Assembly: GCF_001194135.2 (NCBI RefSeq)
Contig: NC_068982.1
Location: 130,411,776 to 130,468,981 of the forward strand
Direction: 5' to 3'
Source of the DNA: Octopus bimaculoides
Taxonomy: Eukaryota
Length of the DNA: 57,206 nt
Notes under the pieces: generated by a model
The model's input: the letters and a program-made list of their open reading frames with translations, nothing else
Told to the model about the DNA's origin: nothing
Databases searched by the model: none
Position numbers and translations under genes: made by a program
In this document: positions 40,624 to 52,600 of the stretch, piece by piece
Numbering within the stretch: position 1 is the first letter of the stretch
Layout: each line of letters starts with the position of its first letter

Positions 40624-41796
40624 TCCTTCTTTCTTTCTTTCTTTCTTTCTGTCTGTGTGTGTGTGTGTTGTGTGTGTGTGTGTGTGTGTGTGTGTTTGTG
40701 AGCTTTGTTATGAATATGTCAATATATATAATTTTCTTGTTTACTGATAATGTTTTCACGGTTACCAAATTTACGACAATACGTAAAAGATTAGCACAAC
40801 TTTATGAATGCTAGGGGGCATTTTATAAATAGCTTGGAATATTTCTTATCGGTGCCATGATGAGCGAAGGTAACCGAAATCTGANNNNNNNNNNNNNNNN
40901 NNNNNNNNNNNNNNNNNNNNNNNNNNNNNNNNNNNNNNNNNNNNNNNNNNNNNNNNNNNNNNNNNNNNNNNNNNNNNNNNNNNNNNNNNNNNNNNNNNNN
41001 NNNNNNNNNNNNNNNNNNNNNNNNNNNNNNNNNNNNNNNNNNNNNNNNNNNNNNNNNNNNNNNNNNNNNNNNNNNNNNNNNNNNNNNNNNNNNNNNNNNN
41101 NNNNNNNNNNNNNNNNNNNNNNNNNNNNNNNNNNNNNNNNNNNNNNNNNNNNNNNNNNNNNNNNNNNNNNNNNNNNNNNNNNNNNNNNNNNNNNNNNNNN
41201 NNNNNNNNNNNNNNNNNNNNNNNNNNNNNNNNNNNNNNNNNNNNNNNNNNNNNNNNNNNNNNNNNNNNNNNNNNNNNNNNNNNNNNNNNNNNNNNNNNNN
41301 NNNNNNNNNNNNNNNNNNNNNNNNNNNNNNNNNNNNNNNNNNNNNNNNNNNNNNNNNNNNNNNNNNNNNNNNNNNNATATATATATATATATATAAATTG
41401 TTGCATGTTTTAATATTCATATTCATTATTTGTGATATAGGTATGATACTCAGACATGTGGGTATCTGTCTGTTTATCTATCGCTCTGTCTGTTAGTCAG
41501 TTTGTCTATCTATCGTTTACTGGTTTTAGTTACTGGACTTCAATCATTGGGGGAAACGCCTTCAAAAGTCCTTTGTCAATTATATCAACCGCAGTATTTT
41601 TTCATCGATTCCTGTTTGCGGGACAATTAAAAATAACCAGACATAAACATAAAACGGCATAGCATACCGTATATAGCAACAAGGTTTTTTGGCAGAATCA
41701 GCGTAAACAGACACGAGCACAGGCAATCATACATGCGCACACATATATAGTAAGCTTCTGAATCGTGTCCGTTTATCAAATTCCACTTGTAAGGCA

Positions 41797-43067
41797 ATGA
41801 TCAAACTGTGCATCGATAAATATGTGGACGTAATATACCTTGATTTTGCAAAAGCTTTTGACAAAGTGGATCATGGTATGATATGCCACAAACTGCGTGA
41901 TCTTGGCATAGCTGGAAAACTTGGAGAGTGGTTACACGACATTCTGAAAGATAGAAGTCAGGCAGTAGTGGCTAATGGAGCCACCTCTATAAAAACACAA
42001 ATAGTGAGCGGTGTTCCACAGGGCACTGTCTTGGGACCACTGCTTTTTATAGTGGCCCTCTCAGATATTCCCCCAAGTGCCCGGATAGCCACCCTTGCAA
42101 GCTACGCAGACGATACGAAAGTCTCGCAGAAAATACAGAACCCTAGCGACGTTGCACATCTGCAGCAGGAGTTGGACTCAATTTACAGATGGGCTGAGGA
42201 TAATAATATGCAGTTTAATGCTGAAAACTTCCAAGCCCTGCGCTACCAGCGTCTAAAACTGAATATGAAACTTACAGGGTACACTGGTCCACAGGGAATT
42301 TCAATCCCAGAGCCTGAATCAGTGAGGGACCCAGGTATCGACATGAGTGATGATACCTCTTTCCAAGTGCACATTACCAGGATGGCGACAAAGTGCAGAC
42401 GTCTGGCTGACTGGATCCTGAGAACATTCAGAACCAGAGATAAATAAACCATGATGGTCCTGTGGAGGACATTCGTCCTCAGCCGCCTGGATTACTACTC
42501 ACAGTTATGGTCACCCACCAGTGTGAAATTAACAGCGGACCTTGAAGCAATCCACAGAAGATTCACAAAGAAGATCGTCTCTTTGCAACTGCTCAGCTAC
42601 TGGGAAAGGCTGAAACAGCTAAGACTCTACTCCCTGGAGAGAAGGCGGGAGATGTATGCAGTAATATACATCTGGAAGGAATTGTGCCAAATTTTGGCAT
42701 TGAAAGCTACACCAATGCCAGAACGGGACGACACTGCATAGTGCCAAAGATCCCAGCAACGCCATCGCGCTTGAGGGCTAGTTACTGCAACAGCCTGGGT
42801 TTCAGGGGCCTACAGCTTTTTAATATTGTCCCAAAGAGCCTGAGGTATCTGCACAAAGTAGATGTAGGTGTTTTAAAATCAAAGCTGGACCTCTTCCTGT
42901 CGAGAGTCCCAGATGAACCTACCTCACGGCAAGAGGTACAAATGAGGATAGCTACATCAAACTCCATTCTTCACCAAGTGCCACATATTGGAGGAGGATC
43001 TCAGTAATAACAGTGTAGCAAAACGGCGGTGCATCAGCATAGCCGCAGCTCTGAGCTGAAACTACAG

Positions 43068-43070
<3 letters not shown>
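41797..43070 (+). mobile_element. 5'-truncated CR1-group non-LTR retrotransposon (ORF2 RT C-terminal part plus 3'UTR)
   Basis: VIYLDFAKAFDKVDH, SGVPQGTVLGPLLF, YADDTK, SRLDY..QLWSP, LSYWERLKQLRLYSLERRRE. One in-frame stop (42445-42447) and one frameshift (about 42680). Ends in a stem-loop tail followed by (TA)n. Confidence 0.95.
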
Positions 43071-43108
<38 letters not shown>

Positions 43109-43579
43109 ATAACATATTACTTAAATGTTATAGCGCATAAAATGAACAAGCAAGTCTAAAGAAGAATTTATTCGTCAATATGGATTAAAATCGTATTTTA
43201 CCGATTACTAACACGAAACGATAATGCTTCGAAGGAAGTATTTATAACGTCTCACTTTCTAATTTAGTTCACTGGTAAAATTGCTTTTGCTTTCACTGGA
43301 ATTTTTTTAATAGCGACAAGAAATACGAGTATCTTCTTTTTGTTATTTAAAACGTACAATCTATCAGCGATTTGTTTGCTATTTGTTGTACTATTTAAAG
43401 GTATCAATTTTACATTGCTTGTAAATATGAAATATGAAAAACATATATGTGTATGTACATGTAAACACGCCCCACCCCACACATTTGTGAAAAGCCAATA
43501 GGACAACAGTGAATTCCGTATTTGTTAAAAAAAAAAAGGTAAGAAAACAAAAGAATCATATGTATCTCTCCAGTAACGC

Positions 43580-43900
43580 TTTACGCGTTTCAAATAGTTG
43601 CCCTCATTTTTCTTGTCCAGAAATGTGGCTAGTGTTCTGAATTGAAGAGGTTATACATTTGTTGCTTTTGTAGCGTTCAGATTTTACTGATCTCGATAAA
43701 GTATTTCATGAGAAATATCGAGAGCTCACATTTCTTTGTGAAACCGAAACTGATAGATTTACAACATTTTATCTTGTCACTGAATATCTTGACACTATTA
43801 CATCTAATGCTCGCAGACATCGCTCTTCTATTTCGTTCACGCAGTTTTTAAAATATGTTCCATGCAATAAAAGTATGGAAGTATGATGTTCGATTGAGTA
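43580..43900 (-). pseudogene. Possible very degraded mariner transposase N-terminus
   Basis: Fragments such as EHHTSILLL and RFHKEM*ALDISHE only loosely resemble the mariner HTH region. Confidence 0.2.
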
Positions 43901-44704
43901 GGTTCGTTTCAATTCTCTTCAACTATCATATTCGAGAAAATACTGCAAAATTGATTAGTGAGTGTAACTATAGTCTAAAGAATTTATAATTAGGAGAATA
44001 GTTTAATTTCTTAAATATCTTGCAATAAAACTAATCGGGATTTTTCAAAACCATGGCCTAAAATGTGTAATTTCATTTTCAAGGAACTTGAACCAGGTGT
44101 AACATATGCTCAAATTTCAGTTGTAAAGCATTATAAATCAACAGGAACTCGCTTTTAAAGGAGAGTGAGTTTATGCTTGTCGGATATGTGCTGACAGCGT
44201 TTTAAACCAAGGGTGTAAAACTGTTTTAGTTCCAAGGTAACATGGGCACATCTGAACAGAACAAAATAATAAACATTTAATTTTACAAATATACAGATAT
44301 GAAAATGGTATTACATTATTTTTTTTGCTGTTGAGACTTAGCCTTAACATTTTCGTCAGTGAGTGGCTTCAAATTGGAAGGCACAAGCAAAATCGTTAGC
44401 GAGTGAGACTTTTTCTCATCTCTGTTTTAAAATATATAGTACGAAGACCATATAACCATATATTATATTAGAAGTCGTACATAAATCCCAACGACCCGCA
44501 CAGAAAGCTTAAATATTAATTGAATTGAAAGGAGATTAAATTTCCATAGATACTGACGGAGGTTTTAAAATTGCGAGTGCAAAAAGCAATACACAATTTT
44601 GTACAACGTCTACTCAAATCTCTGTGGGTAATACAATTCTCTTTTAGGTCGATATATTTTTATAATGTCGAAAACCTCCTACTGTGTGTGCATGCATAGA
44701 TGTG

Positions 44705-44911
44705 TAGGTGCAGGAGTGGCTGTGTGGTAAGAAGCTGTGTAGTAAGAAGCTGTGTAGTAAGAAGCTGTGTAGTAAGAAGCTTGCTTCCCAGCCACATGAT
44801 TCCGGGTTCAGTCCCACTGCGTGGCACCTTGGGCAAATGTCCTCTACTATAGCCTCGAGCCGATCAAAGCCTTGTGAGTGGATTTGGTAGACGAAAATTG
44901 AAAGAAGCCCG

Positions 44912-44987
<76 letters not shown>

Positions 44988-45195
44988 GTGTGTTTGTCTT
45001 TGTGTCTCCCTGCGGTCACTTGACAACCGATGTTGGTGAGTTTATGTGCCCGTATCTAGCGGTTCGGCAAAAGGGACCGATACAATAAGTACCAAGCTTA
45101 CAAAGAATAAGTCCTGGGGTCGATTTCTTCGACCAAAAGACGGTGCGACAGCATAGCCGCAATCAAATGACTGAAACAAGTAAAAGAATAAAAGA
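44705..45195 (+). mobile_element. SINE family B, full length, with quadruplicated 15-bp head segment
   Basis: Head aggtgcaggagtggc, 4 x gctgtgt(g/a)gtaagaa (44719-44778), internal (TA)n, tail cagcatagccgcaatcaaatgactgaaacaagtaaaaga. Confidence 0.9.
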
Positions 45196-47729
45196 GTATA
45201 TATACACATGCATATGTCTTATGGACACAAACCGATGATAGATTTGTTTAATAACTTATTTTTCTCACATATTTAGCTTTCAGGGTATTTGAAAAACGTA
45301 AGAGTAATAAAAAGGGAGATGCAAAACGTGCATGATTGAGTGTGAGTATGTTCGGTGTTTATACTTGTTTGTAACTACGTGTAATAAAATTTGAATACGA
45401 AACTATAACAGTTTTCTGTTGGTGGGTTAATGTTAACATATTTAATTGATGGGTCATTCAGAAGTTAACTAAAAATATATATGCAGTAAGAAAACAAAAC
45501 ACAAACAATACTAGTCAATGAATAATATTTTGATTTTCCCACCAATTATAGAAGGCAACATTGGACATGTTTCGGTATTTTTCTGATTTCTTCAACGTAG
45601 TTTCACTTTCACCGTAAATGTGGGGTTTGAGATGAAAAGTCCACTTTTATATAGAGTTGTACTTTTTTCGACGTAGAGAAAAATGAAAATAATTCTATGA
45701 CGTCATACTCAAACAACTATATATTGTTATTAACACATTTAACGCAAAAACAATAACAAGCAATACGTCTAAACATATATAAGTGTTTTAGTTAACTAAT
45801 GATACTTAACTATCAATGACTTGACCTAATGTAAGTAGGTGCTATGAAAAATATAGTTCGCAGTTGTATCAACGCGATGAATATATAAATATTTTTTTCT
45901 TTAGGCTATTTCAACGAGAAATGACTTTACTATTATCTTGGGAATCACCATAAATCTGAAAAATTTTAATAGTGTCACTTAAGCTCAGTGGGCGATTTTA
46001 GAACGTTACAGGTTGTTTAGGCAAGTATCAACCATGGACGAACAATGCTATGGTCAAAGTATATCCTCCCTATCTGCTAAATTTATCTAGAAGTAAATGT
46101 TCTAATGTATCTTTTCTTTTTTAAGGCAGTAGTTAATGATTTGCCTAATATTATTAACAGGTCCAGCTACAACGTAGAGACTTCCTCATCTTGGGAATAC
46201 TACTTATTAATGAAAAGTACTCGCACAAACTCGCTGATACACACACACACACACACATACACACACATGTATGTATGTATGTATGTATGTATGTATGTAT
46301 GTATGTATGTATATCAACCGCTCATTCGTTTTGCACCTCTCATATTTATCACGTATAACTCCTTCCATGTAATTTTTATTTATATGTAATTTTATATATA
46401 TTTTTATATATTTTTATATATCTTCTTTATCTTTCTGTATGTTTGGTTCTATATTCTTTACACCCTTGGAAAATCTTTATGCCTGTACATGCATGATTTA
46501 TGCTGATGTGTATAAATATATATGCTTCAACTAATGTGGTTGAATGATTTCATTTATGCGTTCGAGAATCTTTTTGACTGCCTAAACTTTGTGTTTTCAA
46601 TTTTCTCTACTCTATATTTTTTTCGCCTTGGCTCTCCTTGAGCTCTCTATAAACAGCCCATATATTTAAAAATATATTTATAATATATTTGATAAGTTGA
46701 TGCTAATTTCTGGTAAGGAAAACCAAACATGCACTAACCTACCACATGCTGAGTATCTATGGATTAGTGAATTATGGCGTTAAGTCAAACGTCTGTTGTC
46801 GCATACAGTATAAATTAGAATATTGTCTGAGACCACTGGAGAAGTAACTTTGTGAGGGAGCTGAAACATTTGAGTACAGGGCGTTTCCTCTCAGACTCAA
46901 ACCGTTTCGACTTCTTCATGTTTCACTTGAAGTGGAACATAAGAATTGGAAGAAGCTAAGTGTATCTCTGAATATGCGTGAGAGCGTGAAGAAAGTTTGA
47001 ATGAAAAGAACAATTCATCAGTATATATTCAAATGTGTTGCCCTTGTGGCGAATAAGGACATTATTAATATTACTGCACTTTTAAAATCTATATTTTGAT
47101 TTGGACTCATAAATGCTTTGACAATAAGGAATTTGATCAGTTTGCATTCAGTTATACTTGTGTCAGTTAAAGAATTAATCAGTGTTATTGTTATCTTTAC
47201 ACAAGGGTGGTGGCTTGGCAGAACCATTGAAGAATTGAAAATACACACAACAGTTTTTTTTTCGACTCTCTACATTCTTGAGTTCAAACCCTACTGCGGT
47301 TAACTTTGCCTCCACACTTTCAGGGCCGTGGATTAGCGGAGTTGTTAGAGCTACCTTTCCCGATTTCTTCTGTGTGTTCTGAGTACAAATTCCGACTAAG
47401 AATACATACCCTATTAATGTCCTTGGCATTGTTCATGCAGTGAATGAAGGTGAAAATGCAGATAACAACATCATTTCAAAATATTTGTGCAGAGCTATCA
47501 GACCCAAACACTATGATGCGAAGACTCGCAACTCTTCCTCCACAATTGCATATCAATGAAACGGGCAGTAAAATATCGTATTTACAAATATCCCCGAAGA
47601 TAAGATAACACAACTACCATACACATACTATACATGCATACTTTGGATGCCGTTAATGGAGTCCATTCTCTTGCAACATTTGATCCAGCTTTTCTGTCTA
47701 AAGATACTTTTCTCCCTCTTGCCAATACC

Positions 47730-48350
47730 GGAGGCTCTGTAACGGATCATGAGTACTGCTTTTCATCATGCGCTGGAGTCGGTGGAAAGCTACTTCAATG
47801 GATTAGGTATTTCCTAACAAACAGGACCCAGCATGTTGTGGTTGATGGCATCCACTCAAGACCAGCAAAAGTCATCAGCGGAGTCCCGCAGGGTACTGTG
47901 CTGGGTCCACTTCTTTTTATTGTTTATATCAATGACATTGCAGATTCCATTGAACATAGCACCATAAAAAATATTTGCAGATGACACTTTAGCTCCAGAA
48001 AGTCATTAAGGGAGCATATGATCGAACAATGCGCGTAACTCAGTGGGCACAAAAACAATATGAAGTTGAACGAAGAAAATTTGAGCTCATCCACTTTGGA
48101 AGAGAGGGCACACTCAAACAACCATATACACTACCATCGGGAGACCTAGTTGAACCGTAGGTTGATATCAGAGACTTAGGTGTAACTGTCGACAGCAACC
48201 TTAGTTCACCCAAGACTAGGACCTCGTGCAATGCGTCCCCTGCTCGAGTGGACCATGGTGTCCCGAAATAATTGGCTAAAAAACTTTTCCAGATGGTGCT
48301 ATTGAATTAGTCATGGCCTGGGCCGATAATGGCCGAAACCAATCTAAGTT
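47730..48350 (+). mobile_element. Second CR1-group LINE fragment with internal deletion
   Basis: GVGGKLLQWIRYFLTNRTQHVVVDG..SGVPQGTVLGPLLFIVYINDI..(A)DDT, then decayed RDLGVTVD..L, then a jump to a tail ggtgct..catggcc..ggccgataatggccgaaac. Confidence 0.85.
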
Positions 48351-49059
48351 ATATNNNNNNNNNNNNNNNNNNNNNNNNNNNNNNNNNNNNNNNNNNNNNN
48401 NNNNNNNNNNNNNNNNNNNNNNNNNNNNNNNNNNNNNNNTATATATATATGATTTTTATATTATATAGTAACCCGTAGTATCAAGGTATATACATATCAG
48501 GATTCATGTGAGCATACTTGAACAATAGGTGAGTGAGGGTACGGGTGTCTTTTTCAATACGATGACGCAAATTCCTATATACTACTGAGTATAAAGGAAC
48601 GCATACATACATATTGATATACGATACCTTTTACACACACACACGCGTGATCGCACATACACATACACATGCGCGCCGACACACACACACACACACATAT
48701 ACAGACACATACACATACAGACACACAGACACAGACAGACAGACAGACAGACACACACACACACATCTAAGAATCTATGTACAAATAACACTCCCGTAAG
48801 TAAAAAATATTCAGTAGAATGAACTATGTTTTCATTAACTGTTTTAAATGCCTACGTAACTGTGAGCAGACACAGACTCCCTTTTGAATGTTGATCAAGC
48901 TGGATATCCAGGGTGTTACAGCTGGAGGAAGAGAGAACTGTTCCATTGTTGGGCTGGTAATTATTATCATCGACCTAGAGAGGTTCGATAAAAAGGATGA
49001 ATAATAAGATGGAGCACAGCAGAATTAGAAATCGTAGTGTCGTTAGCCGGAAAGAATAT

Positions 49060-49277
49060 TGGTTTCATATTCTAGCACAAGGCCAGCCGCTTAGGGGATG
49101 GGGTGAGTCGATTACATCGACCTCAGTGCTCAACTGGTACTTAATTTATTGACCGCGGAGGATGAAGTCATAGTCAACCTCGGAGGAATTTGAACGCAGA
49201 ACGTAAAGATGGACAAAACGCTGCCGCTGTGCTAACGATTCTGCCCGGTGTGCTAACAATTCTGCTTGCTCGCCGCT
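49060..49277 (-). mobile_element. SINE family A with tandem duplication in the head
   Basis: tgtgctaacgattctgc occurs twice in tandem at about 49228-49265. Confidence 0.85.
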
Positions 49278-50014
49278 GGAAAGAATATTGAAATGTATTT
49301 TACCTGACGCCATAACTAACAAATCCGCTGTCTTGTGCATGCGCACGGTTGTATATGTGTGTGCGTGTGTACATACATACATACATACATACATACATAC
49401 ATACATACATACATACATTCATACATACACACATACATACATACATGTGTATGTGTGTCTAGTGGCATTACGAGTTACGAAAAAACAAATCTCTTTAAAT
49501 ACATAAACCGGGCAAGTAAAAGTAAGAAAGTTAACTCGTGATAAACTAAGCAGAACGCAAAATTCGCAATGGGAGTTACCTCCCTTGCATTTATAAGCGC
49601 ATGTGTTCATCGTCTACACTTTGGCTTTCAGATTAAACTGTAACATTTGAATAGAAGATAAAAGTGTAGTGCGTGACTGAATAGGTAAGTGAATGAGTGG
49701 GTGAGTGCGTGTGTTTGTATGTGTAGACGAGTTAATTTGTATATTCAGGAATGCATGTATAAATACATGATATATGTTTTTCAGTCTTTTACTGTTTCAC
49801 ACACTGCAGTATCGCGCTACTGGGATTTTAGTCAGTTATATCGACCGTAGTACTTAGTTTAATGTCAAGTACTTACCGACAATAATTGATGCACTGCTAA
49901 GTCATGGGACATAAGCTGTTTTGTTTTTGCAGCTTTTAGACAAACATGGAGCAAACACACTTTCTGTGCGCATACGCACGCACGCAGGCATACACACACA
50001 CACACACGCACACA

Positions 50015-50046
<32 letters not shown>

Positions 50047-50209
50047 CGCACGCAGGCACGCACGCACGCACGCACGCACGCGCACGCACGCGCACGCACG
50101 CGCACACACACACAGTGGGAGTGTGTGTGTGTTTGCGTTTATTTTTTCATGTATGCGTGCAAGGAAATATGAATGTATGTGTAATAGATGTACACGAGAT
50201 GCCGGTGTC

Positions 50210-50300
<91 letters not shown>

Positions 50301-50757
50301 TTATTATTAANNNNNNNNNNATTATTAAGCAGAATTTTTAGCATGCCGGACGAAATGCTCAGTGGTATTTCGGCTGTTGCTACGTTCTGAGTTCAAGTTG
50401 CGCTGAGGTCAACTTTACCGTCCATCCTTTCGGGGTCGATAAATTAAGTACTAGTTGAGTACTGGGTCGATGTAATCGACTATCCCCCTCCTCCAAATTT
50501 CAGACCTTGTGCCTATAATAGAAAGGATCATTATTATTAAGGCGACAAGTTGGCAGAATTGTTACCATGCTGGACGAAATACTTAGCGCTATTTCGCCCG
50601 TTGCAACGTTCAGAGTTCAAATTCTGCCGAGGTCGACACTGCCTTTCATCCCTTTCGGGGTCGATGAAACAAGTACCAGTTGAACACTGGGGTCGATGTA
50701 GTCGACTCATCCCCTCCCCCCAAACTGCTACCTTTGTGGCAAAAATTTAAACCACTA

Positions 50758-50799
<42 letters not shown>

Positions 50800-51150
50800 N
50801 NNNNNNNNNATTATTATTATTATTATTATTATTATTTTTATTTTTATTATTATTATTAAGTGGGCTAGCTGGCAGAATCGTTAGCACACCAAGTAAAACG
50901 TTTAGAGGCATTTCATCCGTTGTTACGGTCTAAGTTAAAATTCTGCCGGATTCGACTTTGTCTTTTATCCTTTCAGGGTCAATGAAACAAGTACCAGTTG
51001 AGCACTGGGGTCGATGTAATCGACCCATCCCCTTCCTCAAATTTAAGGTCTTGTGCCTATATTAGAAAGAATTATTATTATTACTGATGCAGCGAACTGG
51101 CAGAATCGTTAGTATATCGGGCAAAATGCTTAGCAGCATTTCGTTTGCAA
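50210..51150 (+). mobile_element. Head-to-tail array of four family A SINEs separated by (ATT)n
   Basis: Copies start at about 50327, 50539, 50858 and 51087. Each full copy ends in (att)n; the fourth is truncated at about 51145. Confidence 0.9.
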
Positions 51151-52180
51151 AATTCTTATCTTCCTAGCAACAAATAATATTTTCTTTTACCATATCTTAA
51201 TATATTTTATTGTTATAATAATTAAGTGTTTTCACCTGCGTAACTGTCTAATTATCATTTCAATGTCCAACAAAATATTTAAACTGACAGCACAGGAGGA
51301 TGTATATAATTCATGCATTATTGTACGTCAAACAACATACATAGATGCATGCTAACTAATATTATTTTCATCTGTAAGTGCAGAAGATAAGAATTTTGCA
51401 GTTCACTCCCTTAGGGTTTATTATAACGAACAGTTTTTCTTAATATGCAAAACGATGACATGTTACTCATAAACATCTGACTCTTAAAAGATTCCTTTAT
51501 AACCTAAATAGTGTAGACGTCAACTGTGATAAGATTAAAAACACTGCAGCAATGTCAAAGAACCATGAGTTAGATAGTAGGTGCAAAGCTGGATGATGTA
51601 TTTAAAACGAAGCGTTATATCCGGAAGCAGAATACAGTATGTGTGTTTTGGAAAGTGTGACGTCCCAACTTAGCCAGCTTATGATTCAAAAGTGTATGAA
51701 ACAAAGACATATGGCATCGATATCAAAATAAGGTGTAAAAATAGAAGCAATATTGAGGATTATTTTTATCCTATCCCACTTTAGAAATGAGATTAATTGT
51801 TGATAACATATAGACGGTGAAATGATTCGTGATTCTTCTGCGAGAAAAGAAACAATTGTTGAAAAAGTGTTAATATTAAGACCACATGGGGACCGACAAT
51901 TATTATTGAGTCCACATGCTGAATACTATAAATAATATTGGTAATTATAATATCAGGGCTAAGGGCTACAGAGACGTTTGTATACATACATTGTGGTACT
52001 TAGGTTAATCCCTCTGGTTATGCGCTCAAATCCAACATAGTCAACATTTCATTAACATTTAAGCGGGCGATGTAACAATACCAGATGAACTGATCCCGGA
52101 TCACGGGCATCCATTTCTTGAGCTAGCTATTTTTAAATGAAATGATTATTATTGCTGTTATTCTCAGATATTCTTAAGTC

Positions 52181-52600
52181 AGAGGAGAGGAGTGTCTAAG
52201 AGGCTTGCTTCCCAACCACATGGCACGGGGTTCAGCCCTACTGCGTGGCACCTTGGGGACGCGTTTTCCACCATAGCCTTGGGCCGACCAAAGCCTTGTG
52301 AGCAGACTTGGTAGACGGAAACCGAAAGAAGCCCGTCGTATATATGTATATCTATATCTTTTTGTGAGTGTGTATGTGTGTCTTTGGTTCTGTGTTTGTG
52401 CCATTCCACCACCGCTTGACAACCAGTGCTGGTGTGTTTATGCCCCCGTAACTTTGCAGTTCAGCAAAATAAACCAATAGAATAAGTACTAGGCTTTAAA
52501 AACAATAAGTACTGTGGTCGGTACATTTAACTAAAAAATGTTCAAGGCAGTGACCTAGCATGGCCGCAGTCTAATGACTGAGACAAGTTAAAGATAAAAG
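52181..52600 (+). mobile_element. SINE family B, near full length
   Basis: ggcttgcttcccaaccacatggcacggggttcag...gaaagaagcccgtcg...gcatggccgcagtctaatgactgagacaag. Confidence 0.9.

Noticed and set aside
50210-51150. CRISPR-like repeat-spacer appearance
   Set aside because: Units are ~210-bp SINEs separated by (ATT)n, with no 23-50 bp conserved repeats, no unique spacers and no cas genes, in a eukaryotic context.
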